NCBI GenBank assembly: GCA_049724395.1
Contig: JAUGWO010000009.1
Span: 62,001-126,000 of the forward strand
DNA length: 64,000 nt
Direction of reading: 5' to 3'
Source: Spongospora subterranea f. sp. subterranea
Lineage: Eukaryota
Shown: piece after piece, positions 10,900 through 22,716 of the stretch
Layout of the letters: every line of letters starts with the position of its first letter
Numbering within the stretch: the first letter of the stretch is position 1
Notes under the pieces: generated by a model
Told to the model about the DNA's origin: nothing
The model's database searches: none
What the model saw: only the letters and a program-made list of their open reading frames with translations
Translations under genes and position numbers: made by a program

Positions 10900-12572
10900 T
10901 GTATTGCTAATCGTACCCTTTTGCGGTGCTCATTCCGTATCCGGTCCATGCCGCGGGGTCCAAAGTCTGGCAGCGTGCCAGAATCTATGCAATGTCACAG
11001 ATTAAAATCGCGGTTCGTGAATGGTCATGCAGTGCGGATCGGTGCCGAAGTGCAGCTCCTTACCGCTCTGAACCTGTCGAAATAACAGTTGATGTAAAAT
11101 ATGTGCGGTCTGGCCAGTACGTAATGCATGGATCACAACCACATCATCGATGATTTACTGATCACACCCCCGTTGCTGGCTTTTGAAAAAAAAACTGTTC
11201 ACAAATCTGAAAACGCAAGAGCGCGACATGATTCACCCAATACAGTTGATGGTGTTCGGATCGTGCATGCTCGATCTTGGTAGATATTGACAAATGGATG
11301 TGGGCATCTGGAATGTTTTGAATCGATATCGATTGTTGAACTTACAAGCGGTCAAGTCTAGAGAATCAACCGACCATCAAGGGTTATTTTGATGAAGAAC
11401 TCCTACGGCATCTGAGAAACAATACCCTTGATTACGACAGATTCGAGCCAACGAGCCGTTTTCTACTACCCGTGTAGAAAACGCCAAAGCGCGAAAAACA
11501 TTCCCGTAGAAGCTGGCAATTTTTACAGAATTCTGGTTGACGTGAATCAATTCGTCCAAGATTACACTGGAAGTGGCAACGCTGGCACCGAATTACGTCC
11601 GGAAGAACCCTTTTCTTAACCTTAAAACCCTCCCCAGGGAGTTAGGTTTCAGCAACATTACATTAATAAAACCAACCGTGAAGCGCAAAGATTCCAACAG
11701 CAAATAAAACATCATCAACATTTTCAACTTGAGCGGCGCAACTCTGAAACAAGGTTCGACGAATTTTGGAAATAGCGGTCAACCTTCTTCAGCAAATCTG
11801 AGGCTGGGGAAGCAATCAGATAAAGAACCTTGGTGTTTGGATGAACGAATTCCATTAGATTGATCGCCAACTGCGTTTACCCATGCTCGAAGACCCTTCA
11901 ATAGGGACAAAGAAAGCGTCGAATGGACAAGTATCTAAGGCGCTATGTGTTCAACGAGCTTTGCTTCGGCATCAGGACCACCCCAATTTGACGGAAACAA
12001 TCATAAATGGCATGAAACGGGGCATCGCTGGAAAGCGCAAGGATTCCAGATACACCAACGCCCCCTAAAATCAGATCATCAGAATAACAGCCAAAGGTCA
12101 ATGTCAACTTAAGGGCCACGATAGGCAAAACTGAAACAAATGGTACTAGATTGTAACCGAAAATCAATATCATCAATCTAAACACTTCGACAACGCTAGA
12201 TGATCGGTAAAAAAAAATCATGAAAATATCAGAATACTGATAATTGAGTAAGATTTAGCGTAATATTGTCAGTCCGCTGCCACAGATGTCGTGGCAAAAA
12301 CCCCAAAAGAATAGAACCAGGTCGTCAGATTATAACAAAATATGGTCAATGGAAACGTTTGGGTTATGACGAAATGATGAGCAGTGAAAATGAACAGTCA
12401 AAACAGAATTTACATCACTTCCTTATCTGAAATCAACTTGCGTTAAAAAAGAAGCTTCGAATTTAGTCAGTCGGTTTTAAGTGCAGACGACGAGATTACC
12501 CTCTGCGACAATCAGTTCAAGGTTCTCGATTAAACCGGCAGCGGAAAGCTTGTCCCTGACCGCGGCGATCAT
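10900..12572 (-). CDS. Probable intron-dense gene with micro-exons, product unknown
   Basis: ATG at 12572 gives MIAAVRDKLSAAGLIENLELIVAE followed by a GTAAT donor. Candidate AG/GT-flanked micro-exons at 12414-12426, 11346-11357 and 11064-11073. The full reading frame was not resolved. Confidence 0.3.
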
Positions 12573-12899
12573 TTCTTTCACGCCCGGTTCTGTTTGCGAC
12601 CGAATTTGCAGTCAGCATCAGGTCTGAATCAGGATGTTTATTGCTAAATTCATAGCTCATCGACGTTTGTTCATAGTTGCGTCGCCATTTTGACAGTTGC
12701 TCTTGCGGGGATCTCAGCTATTCACAATTGATTTCATCGATATAATGCTGCAGAAAGGATACCTTCCTGGGGACGAAGTTTTCGAGGTTCGTCCGGACGG
12801 CATCACGTCCCATAGTAATTTGGACGAGTTCGTTCACGTCAACCTGGACTCTGTTAAATAGACAGTTTCTACAGCAATGGTTTTCGTGTTTGTTGTGAT

Positions 12900-13259
12900 C
12901 GTGGGCACGATGCGCTGACGTAAATTTGTTGGATCAAGAGTGACCAAGTTCATTGGCATTGCCCGGTGAATGACGGCTGCCTGAACAACACTCGCCATAC
13001 TGTCGCGATTATACGGGATGATGTTTTGACCCTTATCCCGCACGATGAGATCTCGACTCATGGTTTCGCGTATGTCAAGTTGTTATTGCAGGAAACACGC
13101 GTTGTTATCGAACCTACCATAATCTCTGATTTTTTTGGATATTTCCAAAATACGTGGATTCAGATACATCCTCCGTCCGATTGGTATGTTAACCGCTTCT
13201 TCAAATCCGAAGAGTTGTTAATCAACAGGACGAACAACCCTCACGAATCCGACCGTTGA
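12900..13259 (+). mobile_element. MULE/Mutator transposase C-terminal remnant
   Basis: LTLIPHDEISTHGFAYVK..FFGYFQNTWI..HPPSDW..NRTNNPHES matches the MULE F..YF..TW..P..W..RTNN.xE region. It is cut at 13251 by the tandem array. Confidence 0.72.
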
Positions 13260-13787
13260 TGAGAGGCCAAAGCAACTGACCGTTGATGAAAGGCCAAAGC
13301 AACTGACCGTTGATGAAAGGCCAAAGCAACTGACCGTTGATGAAAGGCCAAAGCAACTGACCGTTGATGAAAGGCCAAAGCAACTGACCGTTGATGAAAG
13401 GCCAAAGCAACTGACCGTTGATGAAAGGCCAAAGCAACTGACCGTTGATGAAAGGCCAAAGCAACTGACCGTTGATGAAAGGCCAAAGCAACTGACCGTT
13501 GATGAAAGGCCAAAGCAACTGACCGTTGATGAAAGGCCAAAGCAACTGACCGTTGATGAAAGGCCAAAGCAACTGACCGTTGATGAAAGGCCAAAGCAAC
13601 TGACCGTTGATGAAAGGCCAAAGCAACTGACCGTTGATGAAAGGCCAAAGCAACTGACCGTTGATGAAAGGCCAAAGCAACTGACCGTTGATGAAAGGCC
13701 AAAGCAACTGACCGTTGATGAAAGGCCAAAGCAACTGACCGTTGATGAAAGGCCAAAGCAACTGACCGTTGATGAAAGGCCAAAGCA
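13251..13787. repeat. Minisatellite, 27-bp unit GACCGTTGATGAAAGGCCAAAGCAACT x ~20
   Basis: Units start every 27 bp from 13251 to 13764. Only the first carries a variant (GAGAGG) and the last is truncated. No spacers. Confidence 0.98.
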
Positions 13788-15499
13788 GGGACTTTCATCA
13801 ACCCAGCCTACCAAACCCGACCAAGATTGATCTATAGTCATGAATACACTGCTACCTCTGCAATATACACTTCCGCACTGTGGTAGATCAAAATTAGAAG
13901 CTCAAAAATTAGACCTGATTGGATTCCCCCCACGTCGTAACTTGAGGAGCTGCATCACTATCGGCGCCCGCGTTGATACGTCGTCGTACCTTGAGGAAGC
14001 TGCGTCATTGTCGGTGCCCGCGATTGTACACGATGTGAAAATCCCGACAAGGTTGGTGGCCGCGCTGACTGTACGCAGCGAGGACAAGCTGGACTTGAAC
14101 AGTATCCTTTGCGACTACTTGTACCGGCACCCATGGAATCGGCCGCGCTCCATGGATTTGCTGCACAGGTCGCCAGTTTCGGTGGGTGAAACTGCCCCTC
14201 GCGTACCGGAATCCCGTTGTGCCTGGTGACGGCTCGGTTCCTGTGCCGCTTTGATATCTGGCTCCGCCTCCACCGCCTGAACCGCTTCCGAGGGTGCCGG
14301 TAGTAGTCGCTTCGCTAGTGCCTTTATAACCTGGCAGAGTCGTCCTGCTCTGCTCTCATGCTTGCCAGCTGTTCTTTGTACGCTGGGGCCTTCACCGTAC
14401 GAGTACTCCGTTTTTTCATCCCTCCGATTATAAAGAGTTGATTATGTGTGGTAGCACTTCCTCGAGGAGGGATCTAATTACGAGAAATGTGCACTTTAGG
14501 TTGTGAGTAGTAATATAGTCAACTCTTCGTCACGCTGGGCGTTAGAATGATTCTCCCATCATTGACGCAACTCAATATTCGAAGTCTCACACTTGGTGTC
14601 ACCACAGAACCGTCCACAGTCGTCGTGCTGGCATAACTTCGATCAATGGGACAAGCGCAACGAATCAACCTAACCATCAACTGCTGAAAACTTGCCGGCC
14701 TGGCGCAAAGCCGGTTCATAAGGGCTAAACTCTTGCCTGGAATATATCTCGGAAGATATACTCAAATACCTTTTCGAGAAACGAGATTGTGGTCTTTGTA
14801 GTTTTTTTCCTCTGAGGTTGACGGTTAGCTTTTAGCGGTGTCTTATCGAATTGCTGGATTGTTTTATCAAAAGTCTTGACCGTGACTATAAAGTAAAGTC
14901 GAAAGATGCAGGTCATCGATTGTACGACGATCGAGGTTTTCCGTAACCTGAGCGATTCGGTTGTGATACTGATTCCCATTGATATAAAATGTCTGGGTAA
15001 AAACCCGACAAGACATCGAATTCCCAATCTGGAACCGAATCGGGTGTTGCTTCATAACGTGGCTAGTTATCCATTTGAACTCGGCAACGGTTCAACCCAC
15101 TCGACGATCGGCAAAACGATGTTGAATCGAAACCAGTCGCGATCCCATGTTCCCGTTGATAATTGTACTCCCTGACTACGTCGAAAACTGGCCGCCACTG
15201 ACTCTTGTGCAATCAATTACTGGCTGTGCCATAATTGACTTGGCGCTAACTCGCAACCCCAGAACCAGTGCTTGTGCAACGACTCCCCACAATTCCTACA
15301 GTGACAAAACTGGAGAAACAAGGAGTGGTTTAGTACTTGTGCTCCTCTGGTGGGATCGATCAAGCCGGTTCAACTTGGGACGTCACTCCAAACCCATAAA
15401 TGGTTCCGAATTCGTTGGCAAACGATGTCCGGTAATACACTCCCCGACATTAAAGGACTTGGAAAGGTAGATGCAGTCGTTCCCGTATGAAATATTTAA

Positions 15500-16210
15500 A
15501 AACCTTTGATCATTCCCGGAATATCAAACGACTCCCATGTAGAATCCTTTGTTTTAAAACCTCGTAACCGATTAAGAGCTCGTGATGACCAATGTCGGAG
15601 TTCAAGCAGAGATCGTCGATCGACTCAGGAACGAAAAAAGCTCAAGTTTTGGAAATTTTTGCAGACGCCATGGTCAAACCGGAGCTTTTTCATCCCTGCG
15701 AATCGATCGACGATCTCCTTTCGGTAAACAGGTCGAGCTGCTGGGGGGACAAGGCTGCGGCAGTGCTGATCAGACCATTCCCGTGGAGGATCATGATGAT
15801 GCGCGTTCAAGAACTGTGTCCAGTGCCTTTCGACCCGGTCGTGTGTTGCTGCCGTCGCTGATGACAAATGCGGTTCGAGGCTTGCCTGTGAACTTGATCC
15901 ATCAACCAAGGACATGGTAAGTGTCGCTGAACGCTCCGGCGTGATTGGAATTTTCGAAAACCTGGTCGGGGCGAGATATGAAAATGCTCCCCATGAAGTT
16001 GGTAACCTCTAGACCTGTGAATATGTTAATTGGTGCGAATCCAACACCAGGACAAACATTCTGGCTGATCACCACATTTTCCAAAGGAATCAAACTTGGC
16101 CATTCTTGGAACGGCAGACCCAACCCGGATAGTAATGATTTCATCAGAAACCAAATGTGGCGTTTTACATCTTGAACGGTGCAGTTTGTCCAAGGAGTAT
16201 AGTCGGTCAG
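15500..16210 (-). mobile_element. Decayed Ty3/Gypsy integrase C-terminus plus chromodomain
   Basis: YTPWTNCTV..L..LLS...EWP.LIP...FAP..IFTG (end of the integrase core), and LRGFKTKDSTWESFD at ~15520-15570 (chromodomain WxGF..DSTWE). Confidence 0.7.
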
Positions 16211-17475
16211 CAATACAAGACCCGGTCGAAATGCAGACAGGTTAGATCGATTACCATTGCTGTGGGTGAGTATGTTCTTGTCGCAACGAAATGATAATAA
16301 AAAACGTGGAATGTCCCAATCCAACTGAGCAGAGCCAACGCAGATCGTTGGCATTGTTCACGAACGCATTGATGTTATTCGTGATTAAATCACTGAGTCT
16401 GCGGAAGTACTTGCTCAACGGTTGAGGTATTGCAACGATGCCAGCTTGACAATAACGGTTAAGCTTTCTGAGAAGATCTCTCTTACCAATGGGCTCTACA
16501 TAGTCGAGCAGATCACCAGCAATCCGAGTTCAGGCGACCCTGAGCTCATCGTTTTCCTGGAGAGGATTTGAATCCACTGATTATACACGAAAAACCCATT
16601 TCCTTCAAAGGTTGATGATGTTTCAAAGGAGGTGAAAAAGGTTTTGAACGCGTCCTCATGATCCTTTTCCGATTTCTTCGCTCAGTCCTTTCTGACAGGA
16701 AAGTGCTCTGCAGAACTGTCGCATCCTTGTTCCCCCTCATGCAGCTTTATTTATGAATTGTAGGACGCACAAGCATATAATATGTAGTGATTGGGGGAAT
16801 AGGAGGAGGATATCGTTATGGGGATAGACCAATATGACTCTGAAAATCCTTCTCCTTAAATGGGTTATCGTACACAGTTCCATCGCCAATACCCAGACAA
16901 GCTCAGTTACTAGTCAACAAAAGGAAAGGTGGTGTCAGGACCACAAATCCAGACGGAATATATCGTTGCTTACAGCGAACAAAAATCCGATCCGAGCTCT
17001 TCCTGGCAAGATACATGCAAGAGCACAAATCGAATCACTAATCGCTACAAACGCATCAAGTTGTCATTTTTCCATGCTCTACAGCCTGTTCCAGTCCAGA
17101 CATAGGACATCGCGTCATCCTAGCGACCAACCACAAATACACCATGACTCTGTTTGTAGTGTTGTTGATGGAACCGATTCCAGAAACAAAATTTGAGTCA
17201 GGGTTAATTTTCTGTGCATCGGTATGTGGTCGGAGAATTGCAGATAAACATTTCCGGCAACAAAAACGCACGTTGAGTGATGGTCTAATAATACCAGTGC
17301 CGAATCTGTTGAAGGCGAAGGGAATGGAATGATTCAGCGGGTAAGAGCAGTACCGAAGACGAGGAATTCGCCCTTGCACAGGCTGATCTGTTTAGCTAAA
17401 TTCAGATCCAATGAATGATCGGCGACCCGGTCGTTGCTGTGCATTTTTCGGGGGCCGTATTCAACGTGTATATCC

Positions 17476-17530
17476 TGCTATGGCGCTATCCGGTGCTATG
17501 GCGCTACCCGGTGCTATGGCGCTATCCGGT
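17476..17530. repeat. 18-bp tandem repeat TGCTATGGCGCTAYCCGG x3 upstream of the DSP gene
   Basis: TGCTATGGCGCTA starts at 17476, 17494 and 17512. Confidence 0.9.
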
Positions 17531-17764
17531 ATCCGGTGACGGCACGATCTTGGCGGAGCCCTACCCTGTATTCCATTATCGCGTCGCCGGTCATTCACGA
17601 GTTCGGGATTCGCCGGCGAAAGTAGTTGACTGACCCGTCGAGCGTTGGCCGCTGGGCAATGACCGGCGACAGTTCTGACTGACCCGTCGGCCGTTCATCA
17701 TTTGACCAGGCAACGCCGACTTGCGGCGGATTCGATCTCCTTTCTCATATCGACGCGCGATTCA

Positions 17765-18826
17765 ATGAGAACGCAAAACCCCATCCGAAAGTTCAGGTCG
17801 AGCAACCTACTGCCTCCCGACGATATTGTTCCTGGGCTTTACCTAGGCGATATATCACACGCCCGTGATCGTGCGTGTCTCCGAAGTTCGCAAATCTTCC
17901 ATGTTTTGAATGCTGCTGCCGAAGTCGATTGCTTTCACAAAAAAGACCCCGCGTTTAAATACTGCCATCTCCCCATTGTCGACACGGATCAGTTTGACAT
18001 CTACCAATACTACGGTCCAGCTATATTGTTCATCGACAACGCTATCAAGTCCAATCAACGAGTATTGGTTCATTGTGCCGCTGGTGTCAGCCGTTCTGCC
18101 TGTTTAGTCATTGCCTATCTCGTTGCCAGATGTAATTTCACTGTGATTGACGCGCTGGCTCACACTAAGCAACGTCGCCCACGAATCAAACCGAATCGCG
18201 GATTCTGGAATCAATTACTCAGGTTTGCCGCCCAGCCTCATGTCACTCTTGATGAGCCAATTTTGCGCCAAATTGCATCGTCAGATGTTTTGCAGCCACC
18301 ATCACTACGGTCTGATCGTGTCGCTGCTGCCACATCTGATCCAGCTAAAGCCGTTGTCTCCATTGACGTGAAACCCTACACCGGTTCACAACTTGCCGAA
18401 ATTGTTCCGAATGTCTTCATCGGTAGTGGTGAAGACGCGCGGGACCTGGAGCTACTGATCTATTATTCTATCAGTCATGTACTAAATGTTGCCGACGAAA
18501 TCGAATGCTACCATCGCACAACTTCCAACATTATATATCTTCATGTGCCGATTCGTGGCCCAGACGACGCTGACATTGCGGCATACTTTCCAGATGCCTT
18601 CGGGTTCATCAACGATGCGATCAACAATGGCGGGAAGGTGCTCATACATTCGGCCCTTAGCATATGCCGATCGCCTTCGGTCTGCATAGCATATTTGACT
18701 GTTCACTGCAACTTCACTCAATTCACTGCAATATCACATATCAAAGAACACCATCCTCGAACTCAACCCAGCCGAGCGTACTGGAAACAACTTCTACGAA
18801 TCCCACACAATTTGGAGGCAAGATAG
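17765..18826 (+). CDS. Tandem dual-specificity phosphatase: one active DSP domain and one pseudo-DSP domain; intronless
   Basis: Domain 1: IVPGLYLG..VLVHCAAGVSRS..IAYL..IKPNRGF. Domain 2: IVPNVFIG..VLIHSALSICRS..IAYL. First ATG at 17765. Confidence 0.9.
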   Translation: MRTQNPIRKFRSSNLLPPDDIVPGLYLGDISHARDRACLRSSQIFHVLNAAAEVDCFHKKDPAFKYCHLPIVDTDQFDIYQYYGPAILFIDNAIKSNQRVLVHCAAGVSRSACLVIAYLVARCNFTVIDALAHTKQRRPRIKPNRGFWNQLLRFAAQPHVTLDEPILRQIASSDVLQPPSLRSDRVAAATSDPAKAVVSIDVKPYTGSQLAEIVPNVFIGSGEDARDLELLIYYSISHVLNVADEIECYHRTTSNIIYLHVPIRGPDDADIAAYFPDAFGFINDAINNGGKVLIHSALSICRSPSVCIAYLTVHCNFTQFTAISHIKEHHPRTQPSRAYWKQLLRIPHNLEAR

Positions 18827-18977
18827 ATAGACCCTCCATAAAAAAAAGAAATCCTCTTTTACAATTGTGAAACTACCGGAAAAAGCATCTCGACTGAAAT
18901 CAATGAATAAATAGAAATACTCAGATAGAGCAAAGAATTATGATCTAACAGGTAAGGCTGGAAAACCTGAAAGGAAC

Positions 18978-19805
18978 TTAGGGACGACCGTGGTGAACCG
19001 GCTCTGCACTTTCTGGATTTTGTCGCCGCTGGCGTCTGGAGTCATTCCTTCGATCCGAGGGGGAACGTCCTTGATGACGGGACGGCGACCTACTGAACGA
19101 GCGCTTTCGCCGAGGGGGTCGAGACATCGGTGATCGACGAACTGGACCGTTTTTCCTTGAATCAGCGTCGCGTTCCGACAGAAATTCTCGCGAAGGGTTT
19201 TTGCGGGGCGAAGAAGGAGAACGACGCCTTGGAATTCCGGAAATACGAGGCGATGGAGGTGCTGCGTCAGTATCACTGTCAGATGACGAAACAGACGATG
19301 AAGAGTCAGATGAAGAGGAGGAGGAATCAGAGGAAGAACCAGAGGAGGATGACGAATCCGACGACGACGAATCGCTGCTCTCATCAGAGGACGACGCTGA
19401 GCTCTCCATTAACTCGGCAACAATTTTCTTGTTATTTTCGAGTTCGGCGACTTCTTGTTCTAAATCCGTTATCTCGGGGGGCTTCTCCTCCTTAGGTTCT
19501 CTCTTATACAGATCGGGCCGTTTCAAAATCTGTGTCCTCGACGCTCGTTTGGCGTAGACAGGAGGGTTTTTGCACATGTACGTCCAATGGCCCTTCTGCA
19601 AACACTTCTGGCAAATAGCATGCGATGTCCCCGACGATGCAGCCGCCCTTGGACCGCCCTTGACCCGCCTCTCGCCGATCACGGTCCGTTCGGTGCTGGC
19701 CAAATACATCTGACGGCGCGCCTCGCGCTTCTGGGCCCACCTGCCCATAGTCGGCTCTTGTTGGCCAAATCCGTCATTGTCGCCATGGGCTGGGGGTTCT
19801 GCCAT
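18978..19805 (-). CDS. ZCCHC10-like zinc-knuckle protein with Ser-rich and RS-like tail
   Basis: CQKCLQKGHWTYMCKNPPVYAKRASRTQILK (zf-CCHC_3-type knuckle) followed by poly-S/D and R/S/P-rich regions. Confidence 0.85.
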   Translation of the reverse strand: MAEPPAHGDNDGFGQQEPTMGRWAQKREARRQMYLASTERTVIGERRVKGGPRAAASSGTSHAICQKCLQKGHWTYMCKNPPVYAKRASRTQILKRPDLYKREPKEEKPPEITDLEQEVAELENNKKIVAELMESSASSSDESSDSSSSDSSSSSGSSSDSSSSSSDSSSSVSSSDSDTDAAPPSPRISGIPRRRSPSSPRKNPSREFLSERDADSRKNGPVRRSPMSRPPRRKRSFSRSPSRHQGRSPSDRRNDSRRQRRQNPESAEPVHHGRP

Positions 19806-20129
19806 TACACTGCAGTTCCAGTTTTGATGGCTCGACCGTCAACCACAATCTCAATCAGTATGAACAATGTCGCCCAATGGCCACGTGTTGCGAACCCCGT
19901 GGCGCGGCCACAGCGTCAACTAAATTGATGAGCCGCGCTCACGATAGCGGGAACGTGAAACCGACACCAACTCTGAGGAACCTGGACAGCAGAGAGAACA
20001 TGTCGTGAATCAATCATAGATCTGTGTTCAATAATTTGATGAGTTGAGATGATACATGTCTTTAGGCCAATTCAAATTACACCTGATGTTTGTGTTAAAT
20101 GATTCTCATCCCCAACGCTACTTGATTCG

Positions 20130-20278
20130 TTGAACTTGTTGCGAAATGTGGACTTGAACTTGTTGCGAGATGTGGACTTGAACTTGTTGCGAGATGTGGA
20201 CTTGAACTTGTTGCGAGATGTGGACTTGAACTTGTTGCGAGATGTGGACTTGAACTTGTTGCGAGATGTGGACTTGAA
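20130..20278. repeat. 24-bp tandem repeat TTGAACTTGTTGCGAGATGTGGAC x6
   Basis: Six units from 20130; one variant (GAAAT) in the first. Confidence 0.97.
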
Positions 20279-20646
20279 AATCGACAACAATTTCCTGTAA
20301 AAAAAATGGACTCCATGTTGGCTGCGCGACCACTCTATGTACGTGTTACTGTACTGTAACCACAGTTGGGTGCCGTCGGTAAATGTACACTGAACATTGA
20401 ACATTGACCCAGCTGGCTGTTATGATCGTGTCTCAATTGGCACTGCCATATCACGGAGTCCGTGGCGCAACTCCCTCGCCTGACCCACCACTCTTGATGA
20501 TTAGTGTAATCTTAACCGAGGCGCTCAGCGATTGACCTCCGTCGCCCGTTAAGATCCGCCGCTGATCGAACGAGAATCCGATTCCTTACAACCAGTCTGT
20601 ATCTCCGACCCATTGTCCTCCACCAAACTATCAGGATCTCGTCAAA

Positions 20647-22716
20647 ATGACTTTAACCTCGTCGATTGTTGAGCCCATCAAAAGGCATCTGCATGATCGT
20701 CTGCCCAAAATGTGATTAATTATTGTTCGATTTCTAACGATCTGTTTAACATTTTACTGCTGGATTAGGTGCGAAGCGGACCCAGAGGCGCTGTCATCTT
20801 ATATCTTGGCGCTATTGCAGCGTGATCAATCCATGGACGCTTTACGTGATTCGTGTTTAACCGAATTAACTGAATTTCTCGGTGGCCAAACTGCCCAGTT
20901 TGTATCGGGGTTATTTTCATTGATCGCGGATCTGGCTAGTGACGCTCGGTCGTCATCGATCCCATCTTCGTCCACTCGTAAGCGCCATCATGATCCCAGC
21001 TCCAGGTCCGGGTCCAGGTCAGCGTCTGTGTATTCTCCCGGCTCCGCCTCCCATTACAGCAACGATAAACGCCATCGTCGGGATGATCGCTACTCCAGCA
21101 GCTATCACAACGACCAAAGGCGAGGGAGCGGTGGAAGTGGGAACGGCAATGGAAGCAGTGGCCCCGGCAATGATGGGTATCGCCATATCGACGACGATTA
21201 TAACCAGTCGTATATGGATGTGAGAGATGGCCGACCATACGCATCGCCCTATGATGACAGACAGCCATTGGTTCCAACCCGAGGCTACAACGATTACAGA
21301 ACCGGTGGCGGTGGGTCTGGACCACAGTACGGTCAGCGACATCGTCATGAGTCGCGATCGGGAGCGCCCATGGGCAATGATATGGTCCAGCCACAGGTTG
21401 GCGGGTCGCAATCGCGACCCCGACATGGAGAACAGAGGCAACACCCATCGCAGCATTCCTCCAACCGTAATCCATCATGGAATAACAATTCTGCCCCATC
21501 TCCCAGACCGGAATCTGCTCCGTCTGCATCCGCCGCTCCTACTCAACAACCTCGTAGTCCAACAAACTTGTTTATCTCCAATGTGCCAAGAGATCTCAAT
21601 AACCTCGCTACGTTGAGCGCATATTTTGGACGATTTGGCGAAATTGTCAACATCCAAATCAAAGCCGACGCCAATAAAGCTTTCATCCAGTTCAAGACAC
21701 ACTCCCAAGCCAAAGCTGCCCTTGGTTGCCCGGAAGCTGTATGCAATAACAGGTTTATCAAGGTATGCTGCATTTTCCCTTTCATTCTGCTACAGAGAAT
21801 TCAACTTTGGGCATTACAGGTATTTTGGGCCAGATATGATCCTATGGACAAGGAAGCAGGTCTTGCATCTGATATTGTTACTGGCGCTGCAGCGCCCAGC
21901 ATTCTAGATGAACAAGCGCTCCTGTTAAGGCAGCAAGAGAAAGAGGCCCAGGTTAGACGTGATCGTCTACAATTGAACACAGAGCTGAAGACGAAAAAGA
22001 CCATGATGGATAAGCTAAAAAGCATGACCGGGGAAAATGCCGCTCGTCAAGCCACGATTACCAAGCTTGAGGAGGAGTGCACTCAGCTTGAGTCCAGGAT
22101 TTCGGCATTGCCCGCCGTTGAAGACTCTGCTTTACCCGCTCCAACTGATGGCCATAGCGCTGGATTGTCGATTCAAGATCAGCTAGCTCAAGCTGAAAAG
22201 GAAGCAGCTGCTTTCGGGTTGGTTGACGAGTTCGGAAATATTGTCTATGGAAAATCTGGGTATCGCGGCGGTCGAGGTGCAAAGGCTGGGACACGTGCGT
22301 CTGGCCGTGGACGTCGCGGACGAGGTAATGGTCGGCAATCAATGACATTGGACAATCGAACGAGAATATTAAGCGTTCGTAATATTCCTGAATCATATGT
22401 CAACGAAAAGATGGTCAGGTCTCATTTTCAAAGTTTCGGCGAGATTAGCGGTGTGGAGATGGGGGCTTTCGGCGAGCCTACGTCTGCTTTGGTTGAGTTC
22501 AAAAACAGAAATATTGCCCAATCTGCATTGTCATTCGGCACCTCCATGTTGCAGCGCACCCTAACTCTGGATTGGTACGACGGCTCTATCAATGCTTCAG
22601 AAGCTAACATCGGTCCCCATGCTGGCGTTGTCGCTGCGGCGGGTGACCATAATGCTGCCGATGTAATCAGTGACGACGACGATGACGAAGATGTTGACAG
22701 GTCATGGAAGCGATGA
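20647..22716 (+). CDS. RBM26/RBM27-like RNA-binding protein (PWI plus two RRMs)
   Basis: ATG 20647, intron 20712-20768, CEADPEALSSYILALL (PWI). RRM1 is LNNLATLSAYFGRFGEIVNIQ...VCNNRFIK|VFW (intron 21763-21819). Then coiled coil, RGG, LDNRTR and RRM2, ending DDDEDVDRSWKR. Confidence 0.88.

Noticed and set aside
13251..13787. CRISPR array
   Set aside because: Units are contiguous and identical with no spacers, there are no cas genes, and the context is eukaryotic.
13218..13841. Three minus-strand repeat-protein ORFs
   Set aside because: They are artefacts of a stop-free 27-bp unit, with no other coding evidence.
16400..17400. Fanzor/TnpB or other RNA-guided nuclease in the transposon patches
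   Set aside because: No RuvC or zinc-ribbon motifs were recognised in the frames I read; an HMM search would be needed to exclude one fully.
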